A stretch of 64,000 nucleotides of DNA from a bacterium (lineage in GTDB: Bacteria > Patescibacteriota > Microgenomatia > JAMCZE01): positions 3,691 to 67,690 of the forward strand of contig JAKBJL010000002.1 of the NCBI GenBank assembly GCA_021836035.1, given 5' to 3'. Below, piece after piece: positions 8,239-18,616 of the stretch. A program made the translations under genes and the position numbers. The notes beneath the pieces are model-generated. The model worked only from the letters and a program-made list of their open reading frames with translations. It was not told the DNA's origin and did no database searches. How positions within the stretch are numbered: the stretch's first letter is position 1; every line of letters starts with the position of its first letter.

Positions 8239-9377
8239 CAGGACCTTATCGTCAGGTTTTCTATCTGCTGCACGATATTTTCCCCGGCCTCCAGGGAAAT
8301 AAGGCTGCGGGAGGCCCGAGCCGCTTCGCGGTATTTTCCTATTTTTCCAATCATCCTGTCTATTAGCGAGAGCAAAGATCTGCCGGTAAGATGCTCCTGG
8401 TCTAAAATCTCGGCGGCTCCGCGGTCTTTTAGTAACCGGGCGTTAGCGAGCTGCTCGCCGCCGGTGGCGAAAGGGAGGGGAATAAAAACAGCCGGCAAGC
8501 CGACGGCGGCCAATTCCGTAACCGTATTAGCCCCGCTGCGGCTGATCACCAAATCCGCACCGGCTAATATCCCGGCTACTTCTGTTTCATTTAAAAATTT
8601 GTGTAATTCATATCTGGCCGCCAACGGCGCCGGGAGTTTCTCCCGCAATTTCACCAGCCGGTCAAAATCCTTAAACAAGCAGGAGTCGCCGGTTTGGTGG
8701 ACTATCCGATATTTTTCCAAAAGCTTGCCTAAAATTTCCTCCACGGCCAGGTTGATTACGTGCGCTCCCTGATTTCCCCCGGTAATATAGATCTGCGGTG
8801 TCCTCCCGTCGCTTCCGTCTGGCGGGCGGTAATTTTGTGCCAGCTCTTTTACTTTTTCCCTCAGAGGATTACCGGTTAAAACAACTTTGCTCTCGGGAAA
8901 ATGTTTGCCGGAAACCGGCCAGGAAATTAAAACTTTCCGCGATAAACGGAAAATAATCTTATTGGCCAGCCCGGGGGCAAGTGTTTGTTCGTGGGTAATT
9001 ACCGGTACTCCAAAAAAATAAGCGGCTACCACCACCGGTAAGGCAACATAGCCGCCGAAGGAAAGGACGACGTTCGGGCGATACCTGCCAAGCCAATAAA
9101 AAGCCTGCAGGAGACCGCTTACCATCTTACTTAAAGATTTTAGCGACTGTCCTACATTGACAAAAAACCGGCGTTGTAAACGGCCGGTGGTAATTACCAA
9201 ATAGTGTAAATTTTTATCGGGAAAAAGCTCCCGATACTCCAGGGCTTCGCTAGGGTCGTCCTCCATGGCCGTCCTCCGCCCGACATAATATATTTGCCAT
9301 TGGCCGCTTTTCTCCAAAAGAGAAATAACCGCCGCGGCAGGACTGAAATGCCCTCCGGTAATAAATATCTTCTTCAT
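8238..9377 (-). CDS. murG: UDP-GlcNAc:undecaprenyl-PP-MurNAc-pentapeptide GlcNAc transferase MurG
   Basis: N-terminal ITGGHFSPAAAV and a C-terminal GT-B domain, in dcw synteny. Confidence 0.85.
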   Translation of the reverse strand: MKKIFITGGHFSPAAAVISLLEKSGQWQIYYVGRRTAMEDDPSEALEYRELFPDKNLHYLVITTGRLQRRFFVNVGQSLKSLSKMVSGLLQAFYWLGRYRPNVVLSFGGYVALPVVVAAYFFGVPVITHEQTLAPGLANKIIFRLSRKVLISWPVSGKHFPESKVVLTGNPLREKVKELAQNYRPPDGSDGRTPQIYITGGNQGAHVINLAVEEILGKLLEKYRIVHQTGDSCLFKDFDRLVKLREKLPAPLAARYELHKFLNETEVAGILAGADLVISRSGANTVTELAAVGLPAVFIPLPFATGGEQLANARLLKDRGAAEILDQEHLTGRSLLSLIDRMIGKIGKYREAARASRSLISLEAGENIVQQIENLTIRS

Positions 9378-10450
9378 GCTTTGTTCTTGCTGATATTAAG
9401 TAAAATCCCGACCGCAACCATTTCCGTCACCAGGGCTGAACCTCCGTAGGATACAAAAGGCAGGGGAACTCCGGTCAGGGGAATAATCGCCACCATTGAA
9501 CCCAAATTGACGATTGTTTGCAAAGCCAACCAACTGACAATCCCGGCGGCTAATAGCTTGCCGAACTTATCCCCCGCTTTCAAAGCGATTCTAAAGCCCC
9601 GCAAAAAAACAAAGGCAAAAGCGGCCAACAATATGATGGCCCCGATAAAACCCAATTCTTCACCGATAATCGCAAAGATCGAATCGGTAGTCGCTTCCGG
9701 CAGATAGGAATATTTTTGCCGGGAATTGCCCAATCCTAAACCCAATAAACCTCCGCTGCCCAAGGCAATCAACACCTGACGGATATGATAAGAAGCCCCC
9801 AGGGGATCCGCTGACGGATCTAAAAATGTAGTTAACCGTTTTAAGCGATAGGAGGAGCGCAAAATTAAAAGGAAAGCTCCGACGCCCGCAAACGGTAACA
9901 AAGCTAAGCCGTGCCAAAGCGGGGCCTCGGATAAAAAATACATAATCAACCCCATACCGCTGAGAATAATCGCGGTACCCATATCCGGCTCCAAGAGAAT
10001 TAAGGTAACAAAAATCACCAATAAAACTACAAACGGCAAAAGCCGGCCTTTCTCCCGGTTGGCAAACCAGGCGGAAAGGTAAATAATAAGAGCCAATTTA
10101 GCAAATTCCGACGGCTGCAATACAAAAAAATGCAAATTGATCCAGCGATGCGCACCGTAAGCCCGGATTCCGAAACCGGGAATAAAAACCAGAGCCAGGA
10201 GCGCTAGTGAACCGATGAGAATAAGCGGTGACAATTTATAAAACCGGCGGTAATTAAAAAAGGAAGCCCCGACCATTCCCGCAATTCCCAAAAGCGACCA
10301 CTTTAGCTGGTCTTTGAGAAAATAATACTTATCCCCGAAATCACGCAACGCTGAAGAAGAAGAAGCGTCATAAACCATCAGTACCCCGAAGGCGAGCAAA
10401 ATAAGGACCACGGCCAGGAGATACCAGTCGAGAGGAGAATGCTTCATTTT
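9374..10450 (-). CDS. ftsW: FtsW/RodA/SpoVE-family (SEDS) lipid II polymerase/flippase
   Basis: About 10 TM helices and a SEDS-family C-terminus, SYGGSALV. The track start at 10531 probably over-extends, and MKHSPLDWYLL is the likely start. Confidence 0.8.
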   Translation of the reverse strand, partial: KMKHSPLDWYLLAVVLILLAFGVLMVYDASSSSALRDFGDKYYFLKDQLKWSLLGIAGMVGASFFNYRRFYKLSPLILIGSLALLALVFIPGFGIRAYGAHRWINLHFFVLQPSEFAKLALIIYLSAWFANREKGRLLPFVVLLVIFVTLILLEPDMGTAIILSGMGLIMYFLSEAPLWHGLALLPFAGVGAFLLILRSSYRLKRLTTFLDPSADPLGASYHIRQVLIALGSGGLLGLGLGNSRQKYSYLPEATTDSIFAIIGEELGFIGAIILLAAFAFVFLRGFRIALKAGDKFGKLLAAGIVSWLALQTIVNLGSMVAIIPLTGVPLPFVSYGGSALVTEMVAVGILLNISKNKA

Positions 10451-11457
10451 ATTACCCCGAGCCAAAGACCGAAAACGGCAAACAGAAGCGCAATCAGCCA
10501 AAAGCGGGTGACTACTTTCGGTTCTTCCCAACCCTTATACATAAACCAGAGATGCAGGGGGGAAACGGTAAAAAATTTCCGGCCCCAGAAATGCTTGGAC
10601 AACATCTGGATTAAGGAACTGGCGACTTCCACGATAAATACCCCCCCGATTATCGTGAGGGCAAATATTTTTCCGGTTAAAAGTCCGACTACCGCCATGG
10701 TAGCCCCGAAAGCCAGAGCGCCTGTGTCTCCCAGCTCCACGCGGGCCGGATAGATATTAAAATATAAAAAGGCGATCAGGGAACCTATCCAGACAGCTAA
10801 AAATAATGCCAGCGAGGGATGTAAAAGCTGGGCCGCTAAAATAGTAAAAGCCACCAGGCAAATAAGTAAGACCCCGGAGGAAAGTCCGTCTAAACCATCA
10901 GTAATATTATAAGCGTTGGCAAAAGCGACCACAACAAAAGCGGCTAAGGGAACAAACAAAACCCCCATGTTTAAGGTTCCGAACCAATGGATGTTGACGA
11001 AATCATAGCCCAGGATAAGCCAAAAATATAAACCGATAAAAGCACCCACCAAAACCTGGATAATTAATTTATGCCGCCAGCGCAATCCAAAAAAGCCGCT
11101 ATCGTTTTTATGAAAATTTTTCTTAATGTCATCATATAAACCCAGCAGGGCAAAGGAAAGCATTGTAAAAATAACAATAAATAATTCCGCCGGCCGGGCC
11201 TCAACGGATAATAAGCCGTAGGACCAAAGGGAAAGTAAAGTGGTCACGGCGACAACCAAAGCCCCGGCTCCGATAGGAACTTTCTTTTTATAACTTAGAA
11301 GCCTGGCGGTAATGGGAGTAAACTGATTCAGCGTGTCCACCCTTTTTCCTTCATCCGTTTTGCTGATCCGCATCCGGTAAAGAAAATCGATGAAAGGAAC
11401 CATCAGTACCGCCGTCACAAAAAAGGAGAGCAATAAAAGGCCTAAAAGCTGAGCCAT
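10444..11457 (-). CDS. mraY: phospho-N-acetylmuramoyl-pentapeptide transferase MraY
   Basis: Polytopic MraY/WecA family (NAYNITDGLDGL, DTGALAFGA). Confidence 0.9.
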   Translation of the reverse strand: MAQLLGLLLLSFFVTAVLMVPFIDFLYRMRISKTDEGKRVDTLNQFTPITARLLSYKKKVPIGAGALVVAVTTLLSLWSYGLLSVEARPAELFIVIFTMLSFALLGLYDDIKKNFHKNDSGFFGLRWRHKLIIQVLVGAFIGLYFWLILGYDFVNIHWFGTLNMGVLFVPLAAFVVVAFANAYNITDGLDGLSSGVLLICLVAFTILAAQLLHPSLALFLAVWIGSLIAFLYFNIYPARVELGDTGALAFGATMAVVGLLTGKIFALTIIGGVFIVEVASSLIQMLSKHFWGRKFFTVSPLHLWFMYKGWEEPKVVTRFWLIALLFAVFGLWLGVIK

Positions 11458-11472
11458 AAAACCTAAAATTTA

Positions 11473-12810
11473 TTATACTACAGCTATCCGCTCTATTTTG
11501 GCACCTAAAGCCACCAAATTTTCTTCCAGTTTTTCGTAGCCCCGATCTATCTGAGACGTTTCGTCCGTGATCCGCGTTTGACCGGAAGCAATCATCCCGG
11601 CCAGGAGCATAGTCGCACCCGATCTGACGTCGTTAATGGTTACCTCTTTTCCTCTTAAACCGCTAGGGCCGAAAATGCGGACGGCATGAAAGTTTTCCAG
11701 ACGATCGTTTTCCAGGTTAAAATTATAGAGTTCCGCCGGATCGCTAACTTCGGGGTTATAGAGCTGCGTGTGCGCTCCCATTTGCCGTAAATTGGCAAGA
11801 TAGCCGAAGCGGTTCTCAAAAACGGTTTCGTGGATAAGCGATTCTCCCTTCGCCTGGGTCATGAGCGTCGCCCATAACGACTGCCAGTCCGTCATAAACG
11901 CCGGATAGGGGCCGGTAACCACTTGCGTGCTTTTTAGAGGTTCCCGCCAAAAAATATGCAAACCCCCCTTGGCCTCTTCCCACCCTCCGCCGGTTTTTAC
12001 CACCTGCTCCCGGAAAGCCGCCAACACCGTCGGATCAGCGTGTTCTATAAAAATATCCCCCCGGGTTGCCAGAGCGGCACAGGCAAAAGTGACAGCGACA
12101 TTCCGGTCCGGCATAACCTCGTGGTTTACCCCCCGCAAATTACTGACGCCTTCGATTATCAGGCGGCGCGGCTCGCTTCTTTTAATTTTGGCTCCCGCTT
12201 TATTTAAAAAATCGATAAGATTATCGACCTCCGGTTCCGCAGCGGCGTTTTCTAAAATCGTTTTGCCCCGCGCTTTGACGGCGGCCATAATTAAAGTTTC
12301 CGTTCCGGTATGGCTATTTTTAGGAAATCTGTAGCTGCCCCCTCTCAGTCCGTGAGGCGCCCGGATATAAAAAGTCTTGCCTTTAAGGGAAATTTCCGCT
12401 CCCAGCGCTTCCAATCCGGCCAGATGGCGGTCGATCGGCCTGCTGCCGATCCTGTCGCCCCCGGGTAGCGGAAGAATCGCCTGTCCGAACTTTGCCAGCA
12501 ACGGTCCGGCGAACATTGTAGCGGCACGGGATTTCATTCCGCAGGATCGCGGAGCGTCAAAAGAGGATAAACCCTGGGGAAAAACCCTTAAGCTATGATC
12601 GCCGCTGTCCTCAACCTCCCCCCCCAAACTGCGGATTACCTCTTTAGTGGTTTCCACATCTCCGATTTCACTGAGATTATTAATCGTGCTGGGGGAATCA
12701 CCCAGCAGGGCGGCGATTAAGGCCTTAAAACCGGCGTTTTTGGCTCCGCGTAAAACGACGGTGCCTTTCAGGCGGGTACCGCCCGTGATGAGATACTTAG
12801 TCATGAGCAA
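11473..12810 (-). CDS. murA: UDP-N-acetylglucosamine 1-carboxyvinyltransferase MurA
   Basis: EPT family with an N-terminal ITGGTRLKGTVVLRGAKN. Length is 445 aa. Confidence 0.85.
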   Translation of the reverse strand: MLMTKYLITGGTRLKGTVVLRGAKNAGFKALIAALLGDSPSTINNLSEIGDVETTKEVIRSLGGEVEDSGDHSLRVFPQGLSSFDAPRSCGMKSRAATMFAGPLLAKFGQAILPLPGGDRIGSRPIDRHLAGLEALGAEISLKGKTFYIRAPHGLRGGSYRFPKNSHTGTETLIMAAVKARGKTILENAAAEPEVDNLIDFLNKAGAKIKRSEPRRLIIEGVSNLRGVNHEVMPDRNVAVTFACAALATRGDIFIEHADPTVLAAFREQVVKTGGGWEEAKGGLHIFWREPLKSTQVVTGPYPAFMTDWQSLWATLMTQAKGESLIHETVFENRFGYLANLRQMGAHTQLYNPEVSDPAELYNFNLENDRLENFHAVRIFGPSGLRGKEVTINDVRSGATMLLAGMIASGQTRITDETSQIDRGYEKLEENLVALGAKIERIAVV

Positions 12811-13714
12811 ATTCCCCTACCAGAAAAATTTCCTCTTTTAAGTCCAAGCCGAACTTTTGCCGCACTTCCCTTCGGCATAATTCTATTAATTTTAGAACAT
12901 CGAAGGCGCTTGCGTTACCGTTGTTAATAATAAAATTTGCGTGTTTTTGGGAAACCTTTGCCCCGCCGATTATTTTGCCCTTTAGGCCGCATTGCTCGAT
13001 AAGTTTTCCCGCCGGTTGTTCCTTTGAGGGATTACGGAAAGTACAGCCGGCGCACTTGGTATCCAGCGGCTGGGAAAGTGAACGGGTCTGATTATTGGCA
13101 ATAACCGCCTTTAACATCTCTTCCTTCACACCTTTACCCACCGGAAATAGCGCCGTAAGGACAATGTCACCGCTGTCCCTTAGAATACTGTAATCATAAG
13201 CAAAGCGGAAGTAGTCCGCCGGGACCTCCTTAACCTCTTGGCGGGGGGTATAAATTTCCGCCTTCAGAAGAAAATCACCCAGCAACTTATCCTGCCAATG
13301 GGAATTATTATAGATAGCTCCGCCGACGGTTCCGGGAACGGTTGCTAAATTTTCCAGGCCCGTAGATAAACCCCGATTAATCATTTCCATCGCGATTTTG
13401 GCTAATCCCATACCGGCGGCGACTCTGAGCGTTTTTCCTTTTAGGACAAATTCTTCACTATGGAAACGAACCGTTAATCCTTTTATCCCTTGATCCCCTA
13501 CTAAGATGTTGGAACCGCCGCCAAAGACAAATAGCGGTACCCGATAACGGGAAGCGATATCTAAAACTTTTTTTAAGACGGCGGGGGTGTTGACGTCAAG
13601 GTAAAATTCCGCCGGACCGCCGATCTGAAAAGTGGTGTGCCGGGACATCGGTTCCCCTCTTTTTAATGTCCCCTCTCCGGTAATTTTTTCCAAATCCCCC
13701 TGGAATTGATCCAT
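12797..13714 (-). CDS. murB: UDP-N-acetylenolpyruvoylglucosamine reductase MurB
   Basis: FAD-binding MurB pattern (TFQIGGPAEFY, FVFGGGSNIL). Length is 305 aa. Confidence 0.8.
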   Translation of the reverse strand: MDQFQGDLEKITGEGTLKRGEPMSRHTTFQIGGPAEFYLDVNTPAVLKKVLDIASRYRVPLFVFGGGSNILVGDQGIKGLTVRFHSEEFVLKGKTLRVAAGMGLAKIAMEMINRGLSTGLENLATVPGTVGGAIYNNSHWQDKLLGDFLLKAEIYTPRQEVKEVPADYFRFAYDYSILRDSGDIVLTALFPVGKGVKEEMLKAVIANNQTRSLSQPLDTKCAGCTFRNPSKEQPAGKLIEQCGLKGKIIGGAKVSQKHANFIINNGNASAFDVLKLIELCRREVRQKFGLDLKEEIFLVGEFAHD

Positions 13715-13720
13715 AGGCGC

Positions 13721-15028
13721 TTAACGGCTAAAAAGCAGGTCCGAAATCTGATAAATATCCCCCGCTCCCATGAGTAATACCGTATCGTTTTTAGCGGTAT
13801 TGCGGCGAATGAAGTTCGCCACGTTGGTCAAATCCCCGCCTACGTAAGTAGCCTGGGGACCGCCGATGGCCAAGGCTAAATCCTTTCCTGTCGGTTTAGA
13901 AATTTCTTTTTCCCTCCGGGTATAGACATCGGTTACCACCACCCGGTCGGCTTTTCTTAAAGCTTCCTTAAAATCCGCAAACAACAATTGCAGGCGGGCG
14001 TACATATGGGGCTGGAAAACAACCCAAAGTTTACCTTTAATCCGCCGCTCCCTGGCGGCAGCGATATTTACCCGTACGGCGGTCGGGTGATGAGCATAAT
14101 CATCATATATATCTACCCCCTCGGCGGTTTTACCGCGGTACTCAAAACGCCTCTCCAGTCCGGAAAAACTCTCCAGATATTGTTTTATTTGATTCGGAGC
14201 GATTCCCAAGGCCTTAGCGGCGGCAAAAGCGGCCGCGGCATCCGCGCGGATATGTTCCCCGGGTAATTTCAGTTTGATTTCGTTATTTTTGAACCTCTGA
14301 TATTTTATTATTTTTAACCCTTTTACCGACTTAACTGACTTTATCAGCTCTTTACATCCCCCGTCTTCCTGATTTATCACCAATATTTTGGGGGCTTTCA
14401 TTCGCCGTATCAATTTATTAAAGGAACCTAAAATCTGGTTAATATTTTTAAAATATTCCGGATGATCCATTTCTACGGAGGTGACGACTAACAGGTTGGG
14501 TTTATAAAGGAGAAATTTATCCCGAAATTCATCTGCCTCGCAAATAAAGTACTCGGATTTTCCGACACGAAAGTTTTTTCGGTTCCAATCTAACAAATTG
14601 GCTCCGATTTCGCAGGTCGGATCGGTTCCCGCCTGGTCCAATATCCAGGCTAACATTGCCGTGGTGGTTCCTTTGCCGTGGGTACCGGCAACAGCAACGA
14701 CAAACTTTTCCGGCATTAGATAGCGGGCCATAAATTCTTCCCAAGTTACGGCAATCTTTCTTTTTCTGGCCTGCAGATACTCCGGCTCTTTAGCGCTTTG
14801 ATAAAAAACAGCCGAGGTGTGGGCTAACAGACGGATATTTTTCAGATGAGCCGCGTTATGGCCAATCTCTACCGGGATACCCTCATTTCTCAGCAATCTG
14901 GTAATTCTTCCCTCCTCCAGATCACAACCGCTTACCTCATAACCATATCCCCGGGCAATCCGCGCCACCGCACTGGCTCCCGACCCGCCTATGCCCATAA
15001 AATGTACTCGCACAGGTTTATTACTCAT
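13721..15028 (-). CDS. murC: UDP-N-acetylmuramate--L-alanine ligase MurC
   Basis: VHFMGIGGSGASAVA N-terminal Rossmann domain and Mur ligase central motif VAVAGTHGKGTTTAM. Confidence 0.85.
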   Translation of the reverse strand: MSNKPVRVHFMGIGGSGASAVARIARGYGYEVSGCDLEEGRITRLLRNEGIPVEIGHNAAHLKNIRLLAHTSAVFYQSAKEPEYLQARKRKIAVTWEEFMARYLMPEKFVVAVAGTHGKGTTTAMLAWILDQAGTDPTCEIGANLLDWNRKNFRVGKSEYFICEADEFRDKFLLYKPNLLVVTSVEMDHPEYFKNINQILGSFNKLIRRMKAPKILVINQEDGGCKELIKSVKSVKGLKIIKYQRFKNNEIKLKLPGEHIRADAAAAFAAAKALGIAPNQIKQYLESFSGLERRFEYRGKTAEGVDIYDDYAHHPTAVRVNIAAARERRIKGKLWVVFQPHMYARLQLLFADFKEALRKADRVVVTDVYTRREKEISKPTGKDLALAIGGPQATYVGGDLTNVANFIRRNTAKNDTVLLMGAGDIYQISDLLFSR

Positions 15029-16340
15029 ATATATGATTTAAATCTAATACTGCCTTCTTAAATTGGTTTCCTCTGTCTTTATAGTTCTGAAACATATCAA
15101 AACTTGCAGCCGCCGGGGACAGGAGGATGATATCGCCGCGACTGGCAAGTTTACGGGCAGTGGTTATAATTTCGCCCATATTCCGACAGCCGGTTACTAT
15201 TTTAACCGATTTTCCCTTTTTTTGCTCATTTTCGGCCTGCCGGACGGCTTTGGTTATTCTTTTCGCCATTAAACCTATCAAAATTACCGCCCTGATATTC
15301 TTAGCCTTAATTATTTCTTTCCCTAAATGGGTAAAGTCCGATCCTTTTTCACTTCCACCGGCAATTAAAATTAACGGTTCCCTAAACGATTTAATCGCGG
15401 CGATAGTAGTTTCCGGGACAGTAGAAAATGAATCATTGAAGTAAGTTACCCCATCAATTACCGCTACCTCTTCCAGGCGATGCTCTAAACCTTTAAACGT
15501 TTTAATTACCTTTCTGATTATAGGCTCCGGAACCCCTGCTAACTTAGCGGCCGTTGCCGCAGCCGCCACATTCTCCCGGTTATGCTCTCCCCTTAATCCG
15601 ATATCCCCGCTAGCGAAATCTTTTAAGTCACCGCCGCTGACCCAAATAACTTTTCCGGTGGCGGCATCAGCTATATCCCGACAATGCGGGTAATCACGGT
15701 TTACGACAGAAAAATCATCTTTTTGTTGATGAGAAACAATATTTTTCTTGGCATTAACATATTCTTCAACTGTCGGATGCCAATCCTGATGTTCGGAGGT
15801 AACCATCAAAACTACCGCAATATGGGGGCTTTTAGAAAGATCGATAAGTTGGAAGCTGGATAGCTCCAATACCACCCAGCTGTTTTTATTTAAGCGGGGC
15901 AAAAAATCAAATACTTTTTCGCCGATGTTTCCGCCGAGATAAGCCTCTTTGCTTCCCGCCTTAAGCATTTGATAAATTAGGGTCGCTGTGGTTCCTTTAC
16001 CTTTGGTACCCGTCACCCCGATAATTTGTCCCGGGCAGAGATCAAAAAATAGTTTCGTCTTGGAGGAAATTTCCACCCCCGCTTTTTCAGCTTCAATAAT
16101 CTCTTTTCGATAGCGATATACCCCGGGGCTGCGGATTACGGTCTCAAATTTAGTCAAATCGCCGAAGTCTTCTTTTCCTAACTCCCATGTTATTCCCGAA
16201 AATTCTTCCCCATTTTCCGCTACCTTCTTTTTATCGAAAACCGTAATTTTCGCTCCCTGCTCTAAAAGCCACGGCACACAATCCCTGGTATCTATCCCCC
16301 ATCCCAATATAGCGACCTTTTTATTCTGATAACTTGTCAT
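15021..16340 (-). CDS. murD: UDP-N-acetylmuramoylalanine--D-glutamate ligase MurD
   Basis: VAILGWGIDTRDCVPWLLEQGAKITVFD and GVTGTKGKGTT. Confidence 0.85.
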   Translation of the reverse strand: MTSYQNKKVAILGWGIDTRDCVPWLLEQGAKITVFDKKKVAENGEEFSGITWELGKEDFGDLTKFETVIRSPGVYRYRKEIIEAEKAGVEISSKTKLFFDLCPGQIIGVTGTKGKGTTATLIYQMLKAGSKEAYLGGNIGEKVFDFLPRLNKNSWVVLELSSFQLIDLSKSPHIAVVLMVTSEHQDWHPTVEEYVNAKKNIVSHQQKDDFSVVNRDYPHCRDIADAATGKVIWVSGGDLKDFASGDIGLRGEHNRENVAAAATAAKLAGVPEPIIRKVIKTFKGLEHRLEEVAVIDGVTYFNDSFSTVPETTIAAIKSFREPLILIAGGSEKGSDFTHLGKEIIKAKNIRAVILIGLMAKRITKAVRQAENEQKKGKSVKIVTGCRNMGEIITTARKLASRGDIILLSPAAASFDMFQNYKDRGNQFKKAVLDLNHIYE

Positions 16341-16676
16341 ATTATTTTTCCATTCTCAGGTATTTTGGTGCTCTAAACAGGTTTTATTTAATGAGTGCCC
16401 CATTCGTTCCTTCTTTGTTTGAAGATATTTTACATTGTAATGTTAACTGAGTAATCGATTTGCGACCGATTGATTATCATTTCAAAAGTTCCATATTGCG
16501 TTCTAAGCGGTGTTACCGGGGCTTTACGTATATAAGTTTTGTAATCGGTTTTCCTTTGATCCTGAAGTTTACCCAATGCCGTAGGTCCAACTAAATATCC
16601 TTCACGCTCCGTGCTAATCATATTTAAATTATAGGATATTTATCCTGCTTTAAGCAATCTCTGTTTGGGGAATCAG

Positions 16677-16685
16677 TGCTATAAT
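16677..16685 (+). promoter_or_regulatory. extended -10 element TGcTATAAT upstream of the GreA-like gene
   Basis: tgctataat lies 27 nt upstream of the ATG at 16713, inside the 370-bp divergent intergenic region. Confidence 0.3.
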
Positions 16686-16712
16686 CCCCACGGTTTACAT
16701 ACTATACCAGAT

Positions 16713-17279
16713 ATGGAAACATTAAACGGAGAAAAAATAAATCACCTCCCCGACTACGAAGTAAAGAGGCTTGCCTTGTCGGATAAATTAATCCTTGTTT
16801 CACAAGTCGGAGTTAATATCTTGTTTAAACAAAAAGAGGATATTGCTTCTGATGAGAAACGAACCTTAGAAGAATTGGGAATAGTCGCACGCGAAGACTC
16901 TGACCTACCTGAAACTACTCAGTTTAAAGAGCTAAAGACCAGACTTCAATTTGAAATCCCCAGACGAAAAAAAGATCTGAGGGATGTTTTTACGAAAGCA
17001 GTTAAGTATGTAGAGACCCAGGACGGGTCAGTTAGATTCGGAACTAAATTTAGAGCAATAATCAAATATCCGTATGAAAGCGAGACTGGTAATTTTGTTC
17101 TCCTTGGGCCAATAGAGGCTGCTAATAAGAAAATTGATGATGATGGATCCACAATTATTTCCTATAAATCTCCTGTTGGAAGAAATGTTTGGGGCGTTAA
17201 ACCGGATACTGAGGTGGAATTTAAAATTCCCGACGGCAAGGCCAGAATTATCGTTACAGATATCTTCCCTAAAGGATAG
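16713..17279 (+). CDS. GreA/GreB C-terminal-domain protein (transcript-cleavage-factor-like)
   Basis: The C-terminus ISYKSPVGRNVWGVKPDTEVEFKIPDGKARIIVTDI matches the GreA/GreB FKBP-like domain pattern (compare SPIARGLIGK...GDVV.V.TPGG...I). The N-terminal helical region is charged but diverged. The track calls a TTG start at 16665, but the ATG at 16713 is more plausible. Confidence 0.45.
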   Translation: METLNGEKINHLPDYEVKRLALSDKLILVSQVGVNILFKQKEDIASDEKRTLEELGIVAREDSDLPETTQFKELKTRLQFEIPRRKKDLRDVFTKAVKYVETQDGSVRFGTKFRAIIKYPYESETGNFVLLGPIEAANKKIDDDGSTIISYKSPVGRNVWGVKPDTEVEFKIPDGKARIIVTDIFPKG

Positions 17280-17397
17280 TCCCCGGGTATTTCCCAAGGC
17301 TTTTTATCTGTCGGCTTAAGTAGCAAAACCTTGCCTGCTTTATCCAAAAACAAAACCCCGGCGGCTATCCTTTTTTGGGGGTAAGGCTTGATAATAA

Positions 17398-18594
17398 TCA
17401 GCGATGGTCGGCATGGCCCAAAAGATCCTTAGCTATTTTCTGTTCGCTCCACGGAATTTCTTTGCCCCCGATATTCATCGACCGCTGGTGGCCGACGCCG
17501 GTTAAAAGGACTACATCTCCGGGTTTAGCAAGTTCTATTGCCTGTTTAATCGCTTCTTTCCTTTGGGCAAAGCGGAGGTAATATTTCCGCTTCTCGTCAG
17601 GGAAGCTGCCGCCGAAATTAAAGACTTTGCCGTTAATCCCCTTTTCAATTTGGCTGATAATTACTGAGGGGTCTTCCGCATAAGTATCCTCGTGGGTAAG
17701 CATAATTACGTCATCGTATTGCGAAGCAATTTGCCCCATCAGCGGCCTTTTGCTCTTATCACGATCGCCGGTCGCCCCGAATACATGAATCAGGCGACCG
17801 TTTTTCCCCAATAAGTTTCGTGCTTCCGGTAAAACCTTTCCGAAGGCCTGGGGTGTGTGGGCAAAATCTACAATCACGGTAAAGGGGCGGCGGTTTACAA
17901 TCTCCATTCTCCCCGAGAGCGGTTCAAAAGTGCCGACCGCTTTGCTGATCACTTCCGCCTCAATGCCCAAAATCTTAGCGGCGGCTATCGCGGCCAAAAG
18001 ATTATATTCGTTGAACTCGCCGATTAGTTTTGACCGGCAGGGAAAATTTTGCGAATTTATGTCCGCCGGCTGGTAAATACCGTATGTTAAATAGCGGTCC
18101 CGCCTTAAGCCCGCTAAAAGCCGCGCGGAGGACAAATCGTCCGCGTTAACGATTATTTTTCGGCAGGATTTTAGAAATTTTATCTTGGTATTCCGATATC
18201 GCTCAAAAGTTCCGTGATAATCCAGATGTTCGTGGTCGGCTATATTGGTCAAAACCCCCACCTGAAAATTTATTCCCCAAACCCGATATTGATCGATGGC
18301 ATGGGAAGAAACCTCCAGGACGATATGGGTACATCCGCCGTTTTTCGCAGTAGCTAAAAATTTTTGGACTTTCCATCTGCCCGGGGTCGTCGTATGCAGG
18401 CCGGAAAGGGTAGACAAAATACCGGTCCGGTACCCGGCGGCGGTCAAAATGTGGTGGATTAAGTTCGTGGTGGTAGTTTTTCCGTCGGTCCCGGTAACTC
18501 CGATGATAACCAAATTCCGCGAGGGAAAGCCGAAAGCCAGTGCCGCTACCACCGCTTCCAGCAGGTGAAAGATGTTTTTAACCCTTTGTAGCAT
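17398..18594 (-). CDS. murE: Mur ligase, MurE-like, lacking the usual N-terminal domain
   Basis: GVTGTDGKTTTT lies at about residue 35, versus about 110 in canonical MurE. The C-terminal DVVLLTGVGHQRSMNIGGKEIPWSEQ resembles MurE GKGHE.YQ. It is the only Mur ligase between ftsI and murD. Confidence 0.6.
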   Translation of the reverse strand: MLQRVKNIFHLLEAVVAALAFGFPSRNLVIIGVTGTDGKTTTTNLIHHILTAAGYRTGILSTLSGLHTTTPGRWKVQKFLATAKNGGCTHIVLEVSSHAIDQYRVWGINFQVGVLTNIADHEHLDYHGTFERYRNTKIKFLKSCRKIIVNADDLSSARLLAGLRRDRYLTYGIYQPADINSQNFPCRSKLIGEFNEYNLLAAIAAAKILGIEAEVISKAVGTFEPLSGRMEIVNRRPFTVIVDFAHTPQAFGKVLPEARNLLGKNGRLIHVFGATGDRDKSKRPLMGQIASQYDDVIMLTHEDTYAEDPSVIISQIEKGINGKVFNFGGSFPDEKRKYYLRFAQRKEAIKQAIELAKPGDVVLLTGVGHQRSMNIGGKEIPWSEQKIAKDLLGHADHR

Positions 18595-18616
18595 GCCGAC
18601 AGTCTATTTTATCACC

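Noticed and set aside
16430-16621. 63-aa ORF in the murD/GreA-like intergenic region
   Set aside because: It sits in a probable divergent promoter region with no homology, and is more likely non-coding.
17280-17397. Possible terminator hairpin between the GreA-like gene and the murE 3' end (cccc...tttttt...gggg)
   Set aside because: The T-run would sit in the loop, not after the stem, so it is not a canonical intrinsic terminator.
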